This document shows positions 11,721 to 23,433 of a stretch of DNA of 64,000 bases, piece by piece. Position numbers and translations under genes: made by a program. Location: contig NIVC01000516.1 in NCBI GenBank assembly GCA_002269645.1, positions 186,001 through 250,000 of the forward strand. Reading direction: 5' to 3'. The notes beneath the pieces were generated by a model. It made no database searches, was not told the DNA's origin, and saw only the letters and a list, made by a program, of their open reading frames with translations. Source of the stretch: Macrostomum lignano (lineage: Eukaryota). Each line of letters opens with the position of its first letter. Positions within the stretch are counted from its first letter, which is position 1.

Positions 11721-13770
11721 CTATATTTCCGAGAGAATGGCTCTCTACTCTACAAAAAACCCCCAACTTCTCATTCGCTATTGAAGCTCCTGCACTGTTA
11801 GATATTGAATTTAGAGTTCAACCAACCCAGCCTATGGGAGCGTGGGAGCGTGAAAAACTGTCAACTGCTGCTGCTGCTGTCGCTGCGAATCGCGCGTGTC
11901 TTTGCTTCGTTTTTTAGCCCCTGTTTTCCTCCCATCGCAGGATTTCTCCCCGGCTATAATCCTCTTCCATCCATACTGTTCCTCTTGCGCCGCTAATATC
12001 TTGTCGTCCTCGTCGTCGTATGAAATCTTTTCCCTTCCTTCCCATTCTCTCTCTCTCTCGATCGACCCGGCCCGACCCGAGTCTCTCAGAAATGACGGGC
12101 TGCGTTTAGTCGAAATTGGGTTCGAGAAAGGAGCGAGAGGGAGAGAAAGTGAAGGATAGAAGATTTCGCTCGACTACTCGCTGCATTTGCTGTTACTGAG
12201 AAAACATACTAGGCACAGGGAGTGTCAAGGATCCGCATTATTTATCCCCTACTATCCTCTCGGTTCGTTCGTGCCGCAGTGCCTAGGCTTTGGGTTTGCT
12301 TGCCGGCTTAATAAAGCTTCGAAAAGTCTCCGGGAGCAGATGAGAGGGAGAGAGAGCAAGAGAGATTTCTGCCCTGTCTTGTCGCGTCGCGTCTCTCTGT
12401 CCAAGTGTAATTATTTTGGCACGTATATCTTTGAGAGTGTGAATATAGTTGGCTAGTCTATATATATTTATCTTATAGGTTTGCATATTTATACATGTGA
12501 CACAAGTAAACGAATGAAGAATTAATAGTTGAGCTCTGGTTCATGGTGCTGTAGTGGAGTAGCAGCTTTGAGATATTCAATGATCTAATTCAAGGTCAAT
12601 TAACATGTACAAATTTTTATTTTTATTTAGCACTATTCGTTAGAGAAAAAGCCGAGAACAATTGACATTTAATGTTTTCTCCAAGGACTTCTCAAGTAAA
12701 AGGACCGGAAATTACGTTTCTTAAAGAATGTTTTTGAGGTTGGTTTTCGCCGAAAAATATACTGCGGAGATAGGAACTATTTTCATTTTTTCAGCACAAA
12801 AATTCTTATTGCATTCGATAGGAGGCAGACCCAATGTTCATCTTTTGATACGACGTGCCCTTTTTATAGCTCTATTGATATTCGTTTAGAAAAATAGGAT
12901 TCTATGTTTTTTTTCTACGTACATTTCCTTGTACCTGAAAATCAAAGAAATGCATGGCACAGCTCGAATCTTTGGTTTTATGAATCTATTTTATCATCTA
13001 TGTTACACATTGTTACACAGTCAGCTAAGAACGTTAATTAACCATTTCAATGGTTTTTAGGCACAGGACATATGTAATTGTACGTAGAATAAAAAAATCA
13101 CATATAATCCTAGCTTTTTTTAACGAAAAGCTTTATAAATCTGAAAACAGCCATCAAACTAGGGGCCAGCAATTCCCGTGATCACACTGCTTGAGGCGTA
13201 TATGGTTCGTCCCTGTGCATTAATCCAGTCACGTGACTTTGATAGCTCTCAGTTGATGTCGGTGTGAAATAGCCTTTAGTATCCAAGTATGTCACAATCA
13301 TTTTTGAGGCTTTCCTTTTAACTGGCAAATGTCTTTTTTAGGGTTTTTGTGTCATAACGTGTATCATGACGCCAAATTAATTTTGGCATACAAATTTCTG
13401 AATTTGAGCTCTGTAATTTATATTTCATTTGAAGCATCATTAATATCGTTTCAGTCTCGAGATTGAGAAGTATCGTCGCTAAATGCTGCGGACCGCAATC
13501 TAAAACGGGCTGAATCGAACTGTTTGCATTTATTTGTCTAGCTGTTTTAACAGCGACAGTCGTATCCCTGTTAATGTCATAATTTACACATAAGTGTTTT
13601 CGTGTTCAAATATACAAGTTTTTGAGTCTTGATATTGATTTTATGTTCCTTTAAGAGACTGTGTTATTTTTTTTAAACTGTTACAATTCCCAAGCTATAG
13701 ATAGCTTGTCTCGTTATTGAGTACCTTCGTATGTTAGAGTAGTTAGACTTTGGCCTAAAATAGCAAAGTA

Positions 13771-15982
13771 TAAAGTAGATCCTTTACACTGCCATGGCAG
13801 AGTAGAAAGTAGATCCTTTACACTGCAATGGCAGAGTAGAAAGTAGATCCTTTACACTGCCATGGGAGAGTAGAAAGTAGATCCTTTACACTGCCATAGG
13901 AGAGTAGAAAGTAGATCCTTTACACTGCCATGGCAGAGTAGAAAGTAGATCCTTTACACTGCCATGGCAGAGTAGAAAGTAGATCCTTTACACTGCCATG
14001 GGAGAGTAGAAAGTAGATCCTTTACACTGCCATAGGAGAGTAGAAAGTAGATCCTTTACACTGCCATAGGAGAGTAGAAAGTAGATCCTTTACACTGCCA
14101 TAGGAGAGTAGAAAGTAGATCCTTTACACTGCCATAGGAGAGTAGAAAGTAGATCCTTTACACTGCCATGGCAGAGTAGAAAGTAGATCCTTTACACTGC
14201 CATGGAGAGTAGAAAGTAGATCCTTTACACTGCCATGGAGAGTAGAAAGTAGATCCTTTACACTGCCATAGGAGAGTAGAAAGTAGATCCTTTACACTGC
14301 CATGGCAGAGTAGAAAGTAGATCCTTTACACTGCCATGGCAGAGTAGAAAGTAGATCCTTTACACTGCAATGGCAGAGTAGAAAGTAGATCCTTTACACT
14401 GCCATGGCAGAGTAGAAAGTAGATCCTTTACACTGCCATGGGAGAGTAGAAAGTAGATCCTTTACACTGCCATAGGAGAGTAGAAAGTAGATCCTTTACA
14501 CTGCCATAGGAGAGTAGAAAGTAGATCCTTTACACTGGCATGGCAGAGTAGAAAGTAGATCCTTTACACTGCCATAGGAGAGTAGAAAGTAGATCCTTTA
14601 CACTGGCATGGCAGAGTAGAAAGTAGATCCTTTACACTGGCATGGCAGAGTAGAAAGTAGATCCTTTACACTGGCATGGCAGAGTAGAAAGTAGATCCTT
14701 TACACTGGCATGGCAGAGTAGAAAGTAGATCCTTTACACTGCAATGGGAGAGTAGAAAGTAGATCCTTTACACTGCAATGGGAGAGTAGAAAGTAGATCC
14801 TTTACACTGCCATAAGAGAGTAGAAAGTAGATCCTTTACACTGCAATGGGAGAGTAGAAAGTAGATCCTTTACACTGCGATTGGAATTATGACTTCAGTC
14901 CTGGAACTTTTATGACGCACAGTGTAAGTCTTTTACACTGCCATGGCAGAGTAGAAAGTAGATCCTTTACACTGCAATGGGAGAGTAGAAAGTAGATCCT
15001 TTACACTGCCATGGCAGAGTAGAAAGTAGATACTTTACACTGCCATGGGAGAGTAGAAAGTAGATACTTTACACTGCAATGGGAGAGTAGAAAGTAGATC
15101 CTTTACACTGCCATAGGAGAGTAGAAAGTAGATCCTTTACACTGCCATAGGAGAGTAGAAAGTAGATCCTTTACACTGGCATGGCAGAGTAGAAAGTAGA
15201 TCCTTTACACTGCCATAGGAGAGTAGAAAGTAGATCCTTTACACTGGCATGGCAGAGTAGAAAGTAGATCCTTTACACTGGCATGGCAGAGTAGAAAGTA
15301 GATCCTTTACACTGCATGGCAGAGTAGAAAGTAGATCCTTTACACTGGCATGGCAGAGTAGAAAGTAGATCCTTTACACTGCAATGGGAGAGTAGAAAGT
15401 AGATCCTTTACACTGCAATGGGAGAGTAGAAAGTAGATCCTTTACACTGCCATAAGAGAGTAGAAAGTAGATCCTTTACACTGCAATGGGAGAGTAGAAA
15501 GTAGATCCTTTACACTGCGATTGGGGGTGGAATTATGACTTCAGTCCTGGAACTTTTATGACGCACAGTGTAAGTCTTTTACACTGCCATGGGAGAGTAG
15601 AAAGTAGATCCTTTACACTGCAATGGGAGAGTAGAAAGTAGATCCTTTACACTGCCATGGGAGAGTAGAAAGTAGATACTTTACACTGCCATGGGAGAGT
15701 AGAAAGTAGATACTTTACACTGCAATGGGAGAGTAGAAAGTAGATCCTTTACACTGCGATTGGGGGTGGAATTATGACTTCAGTCCTGGAACTTTTGACA
15801 CACAGTGTAAGTCTTTTACACTGCCATGGGAGAGTAGAAAGTAGATCCTTTACACTGAAATGGGAGAGTAGAAAGTAGATCCTTTACACTGAAATGGGAG
15901 AGTAGAAAGTAGATCCTTTACACTGACATGGGAGAGTAGAAAGTTCATCCTTTACACTGACATGGCAGAGTAGAAAGTAGGC
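13771..15982. repeat. 34-bp minisatellite (GATCCTTTACACTGCCATGGCAGAGTAGAAAGTA)n with three interrupting cassettes
   Basis: Period 34 (GATCC at 13778 and 13812). A non-unit cassette recurs at ~14881, ~15521 and ~15760. Confidence 0.97.
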
Positions 15983-16146
15983 CCATCGCTATAAATAAGT
16001 AGAATTGAAAGTAGAACCGTTGCTGTCAATTCTCAATGAAGTGGATCCGTCGCCTTAAAAATGAGCCGAACTCCCAATGACAGCTGAATGATTTCGCATT
16101 GCTGCTACCCGCATTCGGTTATCCGCCCATCGCGGGCTACCAGCCG

Positions 16147-19100
16147 ATGCCTGGCCGGCTCGGCCAGCAACTGCTTCATCATCAGCATCATCTTCATCAT
16201 TCCATGCTGGCTCAACAGCCTGGCGCTGTTGGAGTCCAGACGGCAGCCCAGTCGGCAATGGTTAGCGGCACAGGCGAAATCGATAAGAAAGGCGAGCCGT
16301 ACTGCAAAGCTGTGTACGCTGTTGCGGAGCGCTATTTGAAACACATGTCGCCTGAACAGCGCGAAGATATGCGCAAATTATTCAATTCGTGGAAGAATGC
16401 ACCAGATAAGCTTGACGTTAGTTTCATGTACAAATTAAGCGGTTGGCGCGCCGTCTACACATTGAATCTGTTTCGCAGTCGAATTCAGACAGTTTGGTTC
16501 TCGTTGAAACAGTTGCTATCCAGCCAGAGCGGTATTGGGCCGCAGTTGGCCGAGATTTTGAATCGCACCCAGCGTATTGTCAGCATCGGCTGCGGCCCTG
16601 GTCCTTGCATAGCCTCCATCCTTATCGCACTCCGAGACTACGTCGGATTCACCAAGTACGTTAAGCTGATTGGCATCGACCAGTTCATTGGCTGGGGCCC
16701 GTATGTCACTTCGATGAATAGCGTTGAAGAGGCCGGTGCCAGTAGTGTCGAATTCTGGCACGAACGAGTAGAAGAGGCCACTATAGATTCGCTGCCAAAT
16801 GCGGATGTGGCTATAATGTCTTACACTGACGCAGCTATTCATACGCCAAAGTTCTGGGAGACGATGCGCATGAAATTTGCTTTCATCCTGGTGCTAGACC
16901 AGCGCAAAGGCGCTCTGTCACGCGAGTTGCAGCGCCAAGGATTCGGCCACTTCGAATACGAGTTCAAGGGTAGCAAGCGAGTGTTTTATTACATTAATCC
17001 GTTTGGCGAGTTTCTTAAGCTGGCTCACGGAGCCGGTGGCGGCGGCGCCCGCGGAACATTCGATGGAGCCGGTGGCTTGCGGGCAGGCGGAGCTGACGAC
17101 GACGACGACGACAATGATTCTTCCGTGTTTGACGACGACAGCTCTCTGTCGACATCGTCGTCTTGCTCCGGCTCGTCCTATTCGTCAGATGAAGAAGAAG
17201 ATAACGCAGCTTCTGCCGCTCTAGAAGATTCTGAAACGGTTGCTCGCGAAGTTGAACAGGTTGTGACGTTCCTGCTCGACAAAACCGAGGAGTCGCTGCT
17301 GCTTGGCCGCGACGAATCGATACGTCCGCACGCCGTCACCCCGGAGGAGATCGCCCTAGCCGCGGCGGTTGTCCGCCAGGCGGAGGCGCACGATCGAACA
17401 ATTGATAAGCGGCGAGTTGTTGAAAACACCATTGACGTGTCGCTAGAACTGGAGGCCATCATCACCAAGGAGCTCGTGGCCGCTGTTGAAAGTATGAACG
17501 CGTCGGCTGCTGCCGCCGAAAACAGCAAATCGTCTTCTTCATCGACCAAGTCCAAGAAGCAGCACCGACAGTCCCGTCGAAGTCGCCAATCCAAGACAAT
17601 GTTGGCGACCACAGTGGAGTTGGACGAAGACGAGCTGTCGACGCTGAACGACGCCAACAGTTCGAGCGACGCTACCATAGTCGACAAGAAGTCCTCAACT
17701 CAACAGTCTGCGCCGACATCATCGACGCCTGGTCGGCCAGCTGCACCAGCGCCGGTGTTTGTGTCGGTGCCAATCTCGCAGATCGCCGAACTGGAACAGG
17801 TTCGCCGTATCGAACAGGAACTCGGCCTGCCGTCGGTGCCAAAACGTAAAGTTGAAAATCTCAATCTGTCGCGCAATCGGCACAGAGCCCAGCTGAATAA
17901 GACTCAGCAGGACCAGCTAGTCAAAGCGCTACTACGCGACATGGGCGAAGATCCCGACGAGGCTGCCGCCGGACAAGGCAGCGGCAGCTCTAGTAGCAGC
18001 GACGACGAAGAAGAAGAAGAGAACGAGAATGTCAACGAGCTGTGCGACGCTGATATTGAGGAGAAGTACTTTCCAAAGCTTGACAAATCGGCTGCTGGTA
18101 GCGGCGCAAAGGCCGCTTCTTCAGCAGCAGCAGCTACAATATCAACAACTACAGCAGTCTCGGTGTCGCAGCCGACCCAGTCGAAACCAACGCTGGCACC
18201 GACACCGATGAATAAAGTCGGCGTCAGCGCTGCAGCGACAGCCGGCGGCGGCAGCGAACGAGTCCTATCGGTGAAGATGCCGGAGTGGGCGCAGTCTCTC
18301 ATCCACAGCTGGTCAGGCGAGTCGTCTGGCCACATTCTCAGCGCTTCTCGCCGACCCGGCGCCGGCGGCAATAAATCTGCCTGTATTATCAACCTGACTG
18401 GCGGCCCGATGCCGCCTATTGGAGCAGTCGGTCCCAGCAGGCCGATGCAAAATCAGCAGCAGCAGCAACAGCAATGGCGCAGTCCAGCGCCTAATAATAA
18501 TCCCCAACGCCAACCGGCTCCATTGGTGCATTCGCCTGGCGGGCCGATTTCAACTGGCTATCAGCAGCGCCCAGTCATGGCCCCGCCGACTATGCCACCT
18601 CGGCCTTCGCTTGCGCAGGGCTATCAGCATCAGGGCCAAGCTGCGGAGCCGCCAAGCCAAGTCGCTGGCTATCCAGCCAAGCCCGCTGCCGCCGCCGCAG
18701 CCTCCGCGCCTTTGTCGGCAGCCGCCGCCAGACGGATGACTGAAGACGAGCGAATCCTTGAAGAGGAGACCCAGAAATTTCTCGAACGGATGGGCGTTAT
18801 TAAACCGAGCGGAGGCGGCGGCAGCAGCGGTGGCAGTCGGGAACGCGACAGGGACCGGGACCGAAATCGAGATCGGGATCCGGACTATGGGCGCGGTCGG
18901 GATAGAGATCGATTTAGTCGCCGGCGGCAACTGTCCTCGCAGCGACGCTCGCCGCCCCGATCCCCGCCTCGATCCCCGTCTCGGTCGCCGTCTGAATCAC
19001 CGAAGCAGCAAAAGCAGCAGAGGGTGCCGCGATCGCCGCCTCGATCGCCCAGGTCGCCGCCTTCGTCGCCGAAGCGACGTCGACAATCGTCGCCGCCGCC

Positions 19101-19764
19101 GCCGCCGCCGAAGTCTTCGCCACAGCGGCAGCAGCCTCTGGCAGCCGCTACGGCTGCCACGGTGTCGCCAGTGGCCAGACAGACCAGTCTGGTCTCTGTT
19201 GTCGTTGCAGCCGATGCCGGTTCTGGCGGCGGCTCCGTGTCGAATTCTTCGTCGACGTTGAAGCGATCGTCCCGACAGCGGCAAGCCAGCGCCAGCAGCG
19301 GCAGCAGTAAACGGCAGAAACTGCCGAAGCCTTCCCCCGAGAGTAGCCGAGATCAGGTCAAGGACAAACGACGGTCGGCCGAACTCAAGAAGGAACGCGA
19401 TAAAGAGAAAGAAAAAGAAAAGGAAAAAGAGAAAAAGAAGCGACACGAACAACGCCAGCTTGAGGAGAAAAAGAAGAAGAAAAAGCATCACCAGCATCAT
19501 CATCATCATCACCGCGGCAGTGCCGAGAAGGACAAGCGACAGTCCTCAAAGTCGGTTAAAACAAAGGACAAAGGCAGCGCCAACAACAGGATCGACTCGC
19601 CCGACCTGCGGGCACTCGAGGATCTGGAATTTGTTAGCGAAGATTCTGATCTTGAGCAGTTGAACTATGCTCACCAGCTGGCTGCAGAAGCGGCGGCTAA
19701 AAAGCAACAGCAGCAGGTTCTTAACGGAACCAGCGATAATAAGCGAATCAAATCAAAGCGATAA
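16147..19764 (+). CDS. Class I SAM-dependent methyltransferase-like domain fused to a long disordered acidic/Ser-Pro/RD-RS/Lys/His-rich tail; single exon
   Basis: The frame is open 16081-19764 and the first ATG is at 16147. Motif I IVSIGCGPGP (16576-16605), motif II KLIGIDQ (16663-16683), then DVAIMSY. The globular region ends near YYINP (~17000). Codon usage is GC-rich like the other genes, and AATAAA follows 45 nt after the stop. The true start is uncertain (possible acceptor CAG at 16081-16083). Confidence 0.85.
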   Translation: MPGRLGQQLLHHQHHLHHSMLAQQPGAVGVQTAAQSAMVSGTGEIDKKGEPYCKAVYAVAERYLKHMSPEQREDMRKLFNSWKNAPDKLDVSFMYKLSGWRAVYTLNLFRSRIQTVWFSLKQLLSSQSGIGPQLAEILNRTQRIVSIGCGPGPCIASILIALRDYVGFTKYVKLIGIDQFIGWGPYVTSMNSVEEAGASSVEFWHERVEEATIDSLPNADVAIMSYTDAAIHTPKFWETMRMKFAFILVLDQRKGALSRELQRQGFGHFEYEFKGSKRVFYYINPFGEFLKLAHGAGGGGARGTFDGAGGLRAGGADDDDDDNDSSVFDDDSSLSTSSSCSGSSYSSDEEEDNAASAALEDSETVAREVEQVVTFLLDKTEESLLLGRDESIRPHAVTPEEIALAAAVVRQAEAHDRTIDKRRVVENTIDVSLELEAIITKELVAAVESMNASAAAAENSKSSSSSTKSKKQHRQSRRSRQSKTMLATTVELDEDELSTLNDANSSSDATIVDKKSSTQQSAPTSSTPGRPAAPAPVFVSVPISQIAELEQVRRIEQELGLPSVPKRKVENLNLSRNRHRAQLNKTQQDQLVKALLRDMGEDPDEAAAGQGSGSSSSSDDEEEEENENVNELCDADIEEKYFPKLDKSAAGSGAKAASSAAAATISTTTAVSVSQPTQSKPTLAPTPMNKVGVSAAATAGGGSERVLSVKMPEWAQSLIHSWSGESSGHILSASRRPGAGGNKSACIINLTGGPMPPIGAVGPSRPMQNQQQQQQQWRSPAPNNNPQRQPAPLVHSPGGPISTGYQQRPVMAPPTMPPRPSLAQGYQHQGQAAEPPSQVAGYPAKPAAAAAASAPLSAAAARRMTEDERILEEETQKFLERMGVIKPSGGGGSSGGSRERDRDRDRNRDRDPDYGRGRDRDRFSRRRQLSSQRRSPPRSPPRSPSRSPSESPKQQKQQRVPRSPPRSPRSPPSSPKRRRQSSPPPPPPKSSPQRQQPLAAATAATVSPVARQTSLVSVVVAADAGSGGGSVSNSSSTLKRSSRQRQASASSGSSKRQKLPKPSPESSRDQVKDKRRSAELKKERDKEKEKEKEKEKKKRHEQRQLEEKKKKKKHHQHHHHHHRGSAEKDKRQSSKSVKTKDKGSANNRIDSPDLRALEDLEFVSEDSDLEQLNYAHQLAAEAAAKKQQQQVLNGTSDNKRIKSKR

Positions 19765-19808
19765 AATCAACATTTCAAAATGCATTGATGACAGCGACCT
19801 GGCTATTA

Positions 19809-19814
19809 AATAAA
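19809..19814 (+). promoter_or_regulatory. Polyadenylation signal of the methyltransferase gene
   Basis: AATAAA shortly after the TAA stop at 19762-19764. Confidence 0.6.
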
Positions 19815-20224
19815 AAAACACAAATGCCTACTCTTTGAAATATGCATTTACTCGCGCATTCATGCCTACCAAAAACTCTTAATAAGCGCTTTTACATGCG
19901 TCTGTGCGTATGTGTCTATCACCGGTGCTTCATTCAAGCGTCATGTAATAATTATTATTTTAACAAGGTTATTTAGGGAAAATCATATATGGTCGTATTA
20001 TATAGTTGCTGTGTATCGCAGATACCAGAATAACTACTAGATGTTGTCCCTCGCAATTAAAGCTGTCGAAAGTAGTTGCGTCTACTCTTTTTTCAGTAGT
20101 TTGTCTGCGCAGTGTCACTAAAATTTCAAGTGGCAGCTAAAATTTGCGGCCTCAAGAACATATGTGGTTAAGAACAAGCTTTTAATTCGGTGTACACAAG
20201 TAAACACAAAACGAACTAAACTCA

Positions 20225-20425
20225 GTCTGGGGGCAGGCCTAATCTGGCTCAGCCAATGGGAGAGCAGTAAGGAGAGAGGTCGAAGTCAGACACACGAAAC
20301 TCAGTCTAGGCCTAGGGGGAAGGCCCAATTTAGCTCAGCCAATGGGAGAGCAGTAAGGAGAGAGGTCGGTCGAAACTTAGCCTAGGGGGTAGGCTCAACC
20401 TTGCTCAGCCAATAGGAGAGCATTA
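20225..20425. repeat. Three imperfect ~75-bp repeats each containing GCTCAGCCAAT(G/A)GGAGAGCA (CCAAT boxes), LTR/promoter-like
   Basis: Direct repeats visible at ~20248, ~20334 and ~20403. Confidence 0.6.
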
Positions 20426-22632
20426 CTCGTAAGGAGAGAGATCAAAAGTTAGACACAATCGGGCAAGAGAGAAGCCAAGAAAGGCCTGGCTAGGGGCCGC
20501 CATCCCTTTTCTCTCTTGCTCGCTATGCATACACTGGGTTTGGATTTTTATTTCTTTCATTTCTTTGTTAAGAATTTTCGGGTCTGATGCTGGGAGTCGG
20601 TAAAACAAGATGAAGATGCTAATCTAATGGTTCCGCTTGCAGAAAGCCAGAGACAATTTAAAAAAAACTTGAAAAAAAATCTTTTATAATGTAATCATTT
20701 TTTCTCATATAGGCAAAAACGCTATTTTGCTACTGAAAACAGAGTAGATAAGCGCATTTTGCAAGTGACATCTATCAATAGTTATTCTAGTATCTGTGAT
20801 ATGTATCGAATTCTTTTGTTGCAAAAAGGTTTCTTTAAAAAGACAAAAAAATTCTATAACAGATAACCCTTTCAATTTCCCATTTTGTCTAAGTTACAAA
20901 ATCACAATATGTGTTGCTTTGTGTAGATACACAACTCCTAACTTCATTAAAACAATTTTTAGATTTCAAAATGTGTTTGTTTAAAGCTTTGATTGCCTTT
21001 CATATTGCGATAATTGATGGTATTTTTTATTATACAGTGTTCGATTCGAATATATGTTCTCTCTGTTTATATTGTGTCTCTTAAAGTCCTATTGCAGTCT
21101 GCTAGCTCTACTGAGACTGGGGTAACCCTCAGTACAAACTACAAAGGCTGTATACTTACTATGTAAGCCAGGACCCAGTTTATTTTCAGCAAAATTAATA
21201 TGCGGTTTAGTTACATTGGATGAGAACTTGTGTATAGATTACCTTGTCCTTTGGATTCACTCAGTACTAGCTTCTGCCTGTCTGTGCCTGTCTGTCTTTG
21301 AGGTCTGTCTTAGTGTCTTAGTGTCTTAGTGTCTGTCTGTCTGTCTGTCTACATGTCTGTCAGTCAGTTTTATTGTACAGACTTATCTCGCTACAAACAC
21401 ACTTTGAATCCAATGGTTGTCTCAACTTCAACTTTCAATTTATTATCCATTATTCTTAATGGAATTATTTATAAGCAAAATTAAAAAACCACAAGGACTG
21501 TTTATCACAGCCAGTCAAGTTCTAGAACCTATATCGCTGATTAAGCCAGTTTGCACACGTGGTGTCCCATTAATTTTTTTCTGTTTTAAATTATTTCTTC
21601 TAGGTATTTTTTGCTTAGAAGACCCACCCGTATGAAGAGTTTAGAATTTGTCTGTTTTATTAATTAATTCCTTTCGCACGCTACTGAAGAAATTGGAAAT
21701 TTGCAAGTAGTATATAATAGCCTCGCGCGCTGCTTGTTCTGCGTTGCCATGGGCAAATTATCATGCTGCATCATCTTATAGCCTTGGCTTTGTCTGTTTT
21801 TTTTATTACTAAATTTGCTGTTTGCGTAGTTAAGCTGCTTAAGGTAATAATAAATACAATTATTGGCTACTTGTAAGACAAGTTTTTTCCTATATTACTG
21901 AAGAACTAATGTTTTTTGTGCAATGATAATTTCATTTTTTGACCTTTAGTTGGGATCTCACACATTCACACAGACATTTTATTTTTAGTAATAGGATATA
22001 ATGCTTAAATGCGCAGGCAGTGTATTTTGGCTCGACTTGCCTGTTTATTTCTTAGTTCATCTGCACTGGTCTATTTTCTCTTCAGTCTTGTTATTTTCTT
22101 ACTTTCTCCTTCGCTGCCTTCCGATTCAAAGACATGCAATAAGCGATTGTCTATGGTTGAAACCTTTGCAGTTTTACAACTCGTACTCGGTCTAGGATAT
22201 TTTACGCACTTGAAAAACATAGATGAAGGAATATCAAATACATGCAACTCAGGCTCCCGTAATTTCCTCACTAAATCGTGGGTGAAATAATGTAAGATTA
22301 CTACTAGGCTTTCGTAGTAAGCCTAGTAAGCCTAGTAGTAGGCATATTGTCCTATGACTGAGCGTGCGTTGAAAAAATTCTTCGTCACAGCACTGTACTT
22401 TATTATCTGCACGCTTTTTGTTCCTGCAGCTAGGAGTTCCTACCATAGACATTTTCTTAGTGACCATAGACAATTTCTTGCTATTCACAAGCTTCTGATC
22501 GTGAGTTTGGCCCCATATGGATTCATTGTTTAGCAATTTGACGATCATTATTCACATTTTTAATGCAGAACAATCCATTACTACAAACAATGCATTGTCT
22601 GTAGGATCGTCAAACAGAAAAACAATGCAAAG

Positions 22633-22708
22633 AATCAGCGGTCGCAGTGCGTGACAACGGTAGGCGCAAGCCATAGACAATCGTTGTCACGCACTGCGAC
22701 CGCTGATT
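22633..22708. other. Perfect 27-bp-stem hairpin with a 22-nt loop containing CCATAGAC
   Basis: AATCAGCGGTCGCAGTGCGTGACAACG (22633-22659) is the exact reverse complement of 22682-22708. Confidence 0.95.
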
Positions 22709-22732
22709 ATTTATCCATTATTTCCTAACGGC

Positions 22733-23180
22733 ATGACGGCCGGTGAGATCTCCCACCATTTGGAGTGGGCCGACGTTGAGAAGCTTGTAGACGAGCAGTT
22801 ACGTCTCCAAGCAACTAGTGTGGACGACAACGAGGAGCTGAACCGCCTATTCGACTCCATCCCTGATTTGAACGACGACTTGGCCTCGATCGACCTTGAC
22901 GCATCAATCCGGGCGCTGGAGCAAGAGACCGATGTAAATCGTCTAAGAAGCATGAGGCTCAATACGTCGCGAAATTTCGCGATTTCTTGGTCAAGTATCC
23001 GCACCTGCGCGTCGATTTGGACACCTCGCAACCTGAGGAGCTGAGCGTTGGCCTGCGCTACTTTTACGGCACTCTTCGCAAGACTGATGGCCAGCCGGAT
23101 GCTCCTAGCAGCCTCGTGTGCATTCGCGCTGCCTTGTTCCGCTACCTGATGAAGAACCGGGGCATCAATAAACGTTGCTT
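22733..23180 (+). pseudogene. Truncated, frameshifted Crypton/DUF3504-type tyrosine recombinase N-terminal (core-binding) region
   Basis: EELSVGLRYFYGTLRKTDGQPDAPSSLVCIRAALFRYLMKNRGIN matches the pattern L..FY..VRK.DG..Y...SL..IRAA..RYL of Crypton YRs and their domesticated relatives (KCTD1, ZMYM, QRICH1). There is a frameshift near 22985 and no catalytic R-H-R-Y domain. Confidence 0.75.
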
Positions 23181-23433
23181 GCAAACTGCTGTTTTTTGTG
23201 GCGCTGTACGCTATTATCTGCACGCTTTTTCATTATCTGCACGCTTTTTTCATTATCTGCACGCTTTTTTGGCTAAGCCGCATAGGGTTGGGCCATAGAC
23301 TGTAAGATTAATGCACGCTTTTTAACAAAAAACGCACGCTCAGTCATGGGACAATTTTCTATAAGATTTATTAGATCCACAGTGATTAGATCTATAAGAT
23401 CTAAATGCAAATTTCGACAATTAAAACGGGACG

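Larger units (their letters stand above)
22346..23355. mobile_element. Crypton-derived element bounded by 25-bp inverted repeats
   Basis: ATTGTCCTATGACTGAGCGTGCGTT (22346-22370) pairs with AACGCACGCTCAGTCATGGGACAAT (23331-23355), one mismatch. It encloses a tyrosine-recombinase fragment. No TSD seen. Confidence 0.6.

Noticed and set aside
9480-12500. CT/GA-rich segments that look like LTRs or promoters (also 43330-44200)
   Set aside because: I found no paired LTRs, PBS/PPT, TSDs or coding remnants to support a call.
13771-15982. CRISPR-like appearance of the 34-bp array (and other 24-46-bp arrays)
   Set aside because: Units are head-to-tail with only a few variable bases. There are no unique spacers or cas genes, and the context is eukaryotic.
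17178-19512. Antisense and alternative-frame ORFs over the MTase, alpha2delta, LRR and RTE coding regions
   Set aside because: They are shadows of GC-rich coding sequence with no independent domain signal.
16099-19764. The methyltransferase as the cause of the repeat hypermutation
   Set aside because: It lacks the C5-DNA-methyltransferase motif order (FxGxG, catalytic PCQ, ENV). Only co-location links the two.
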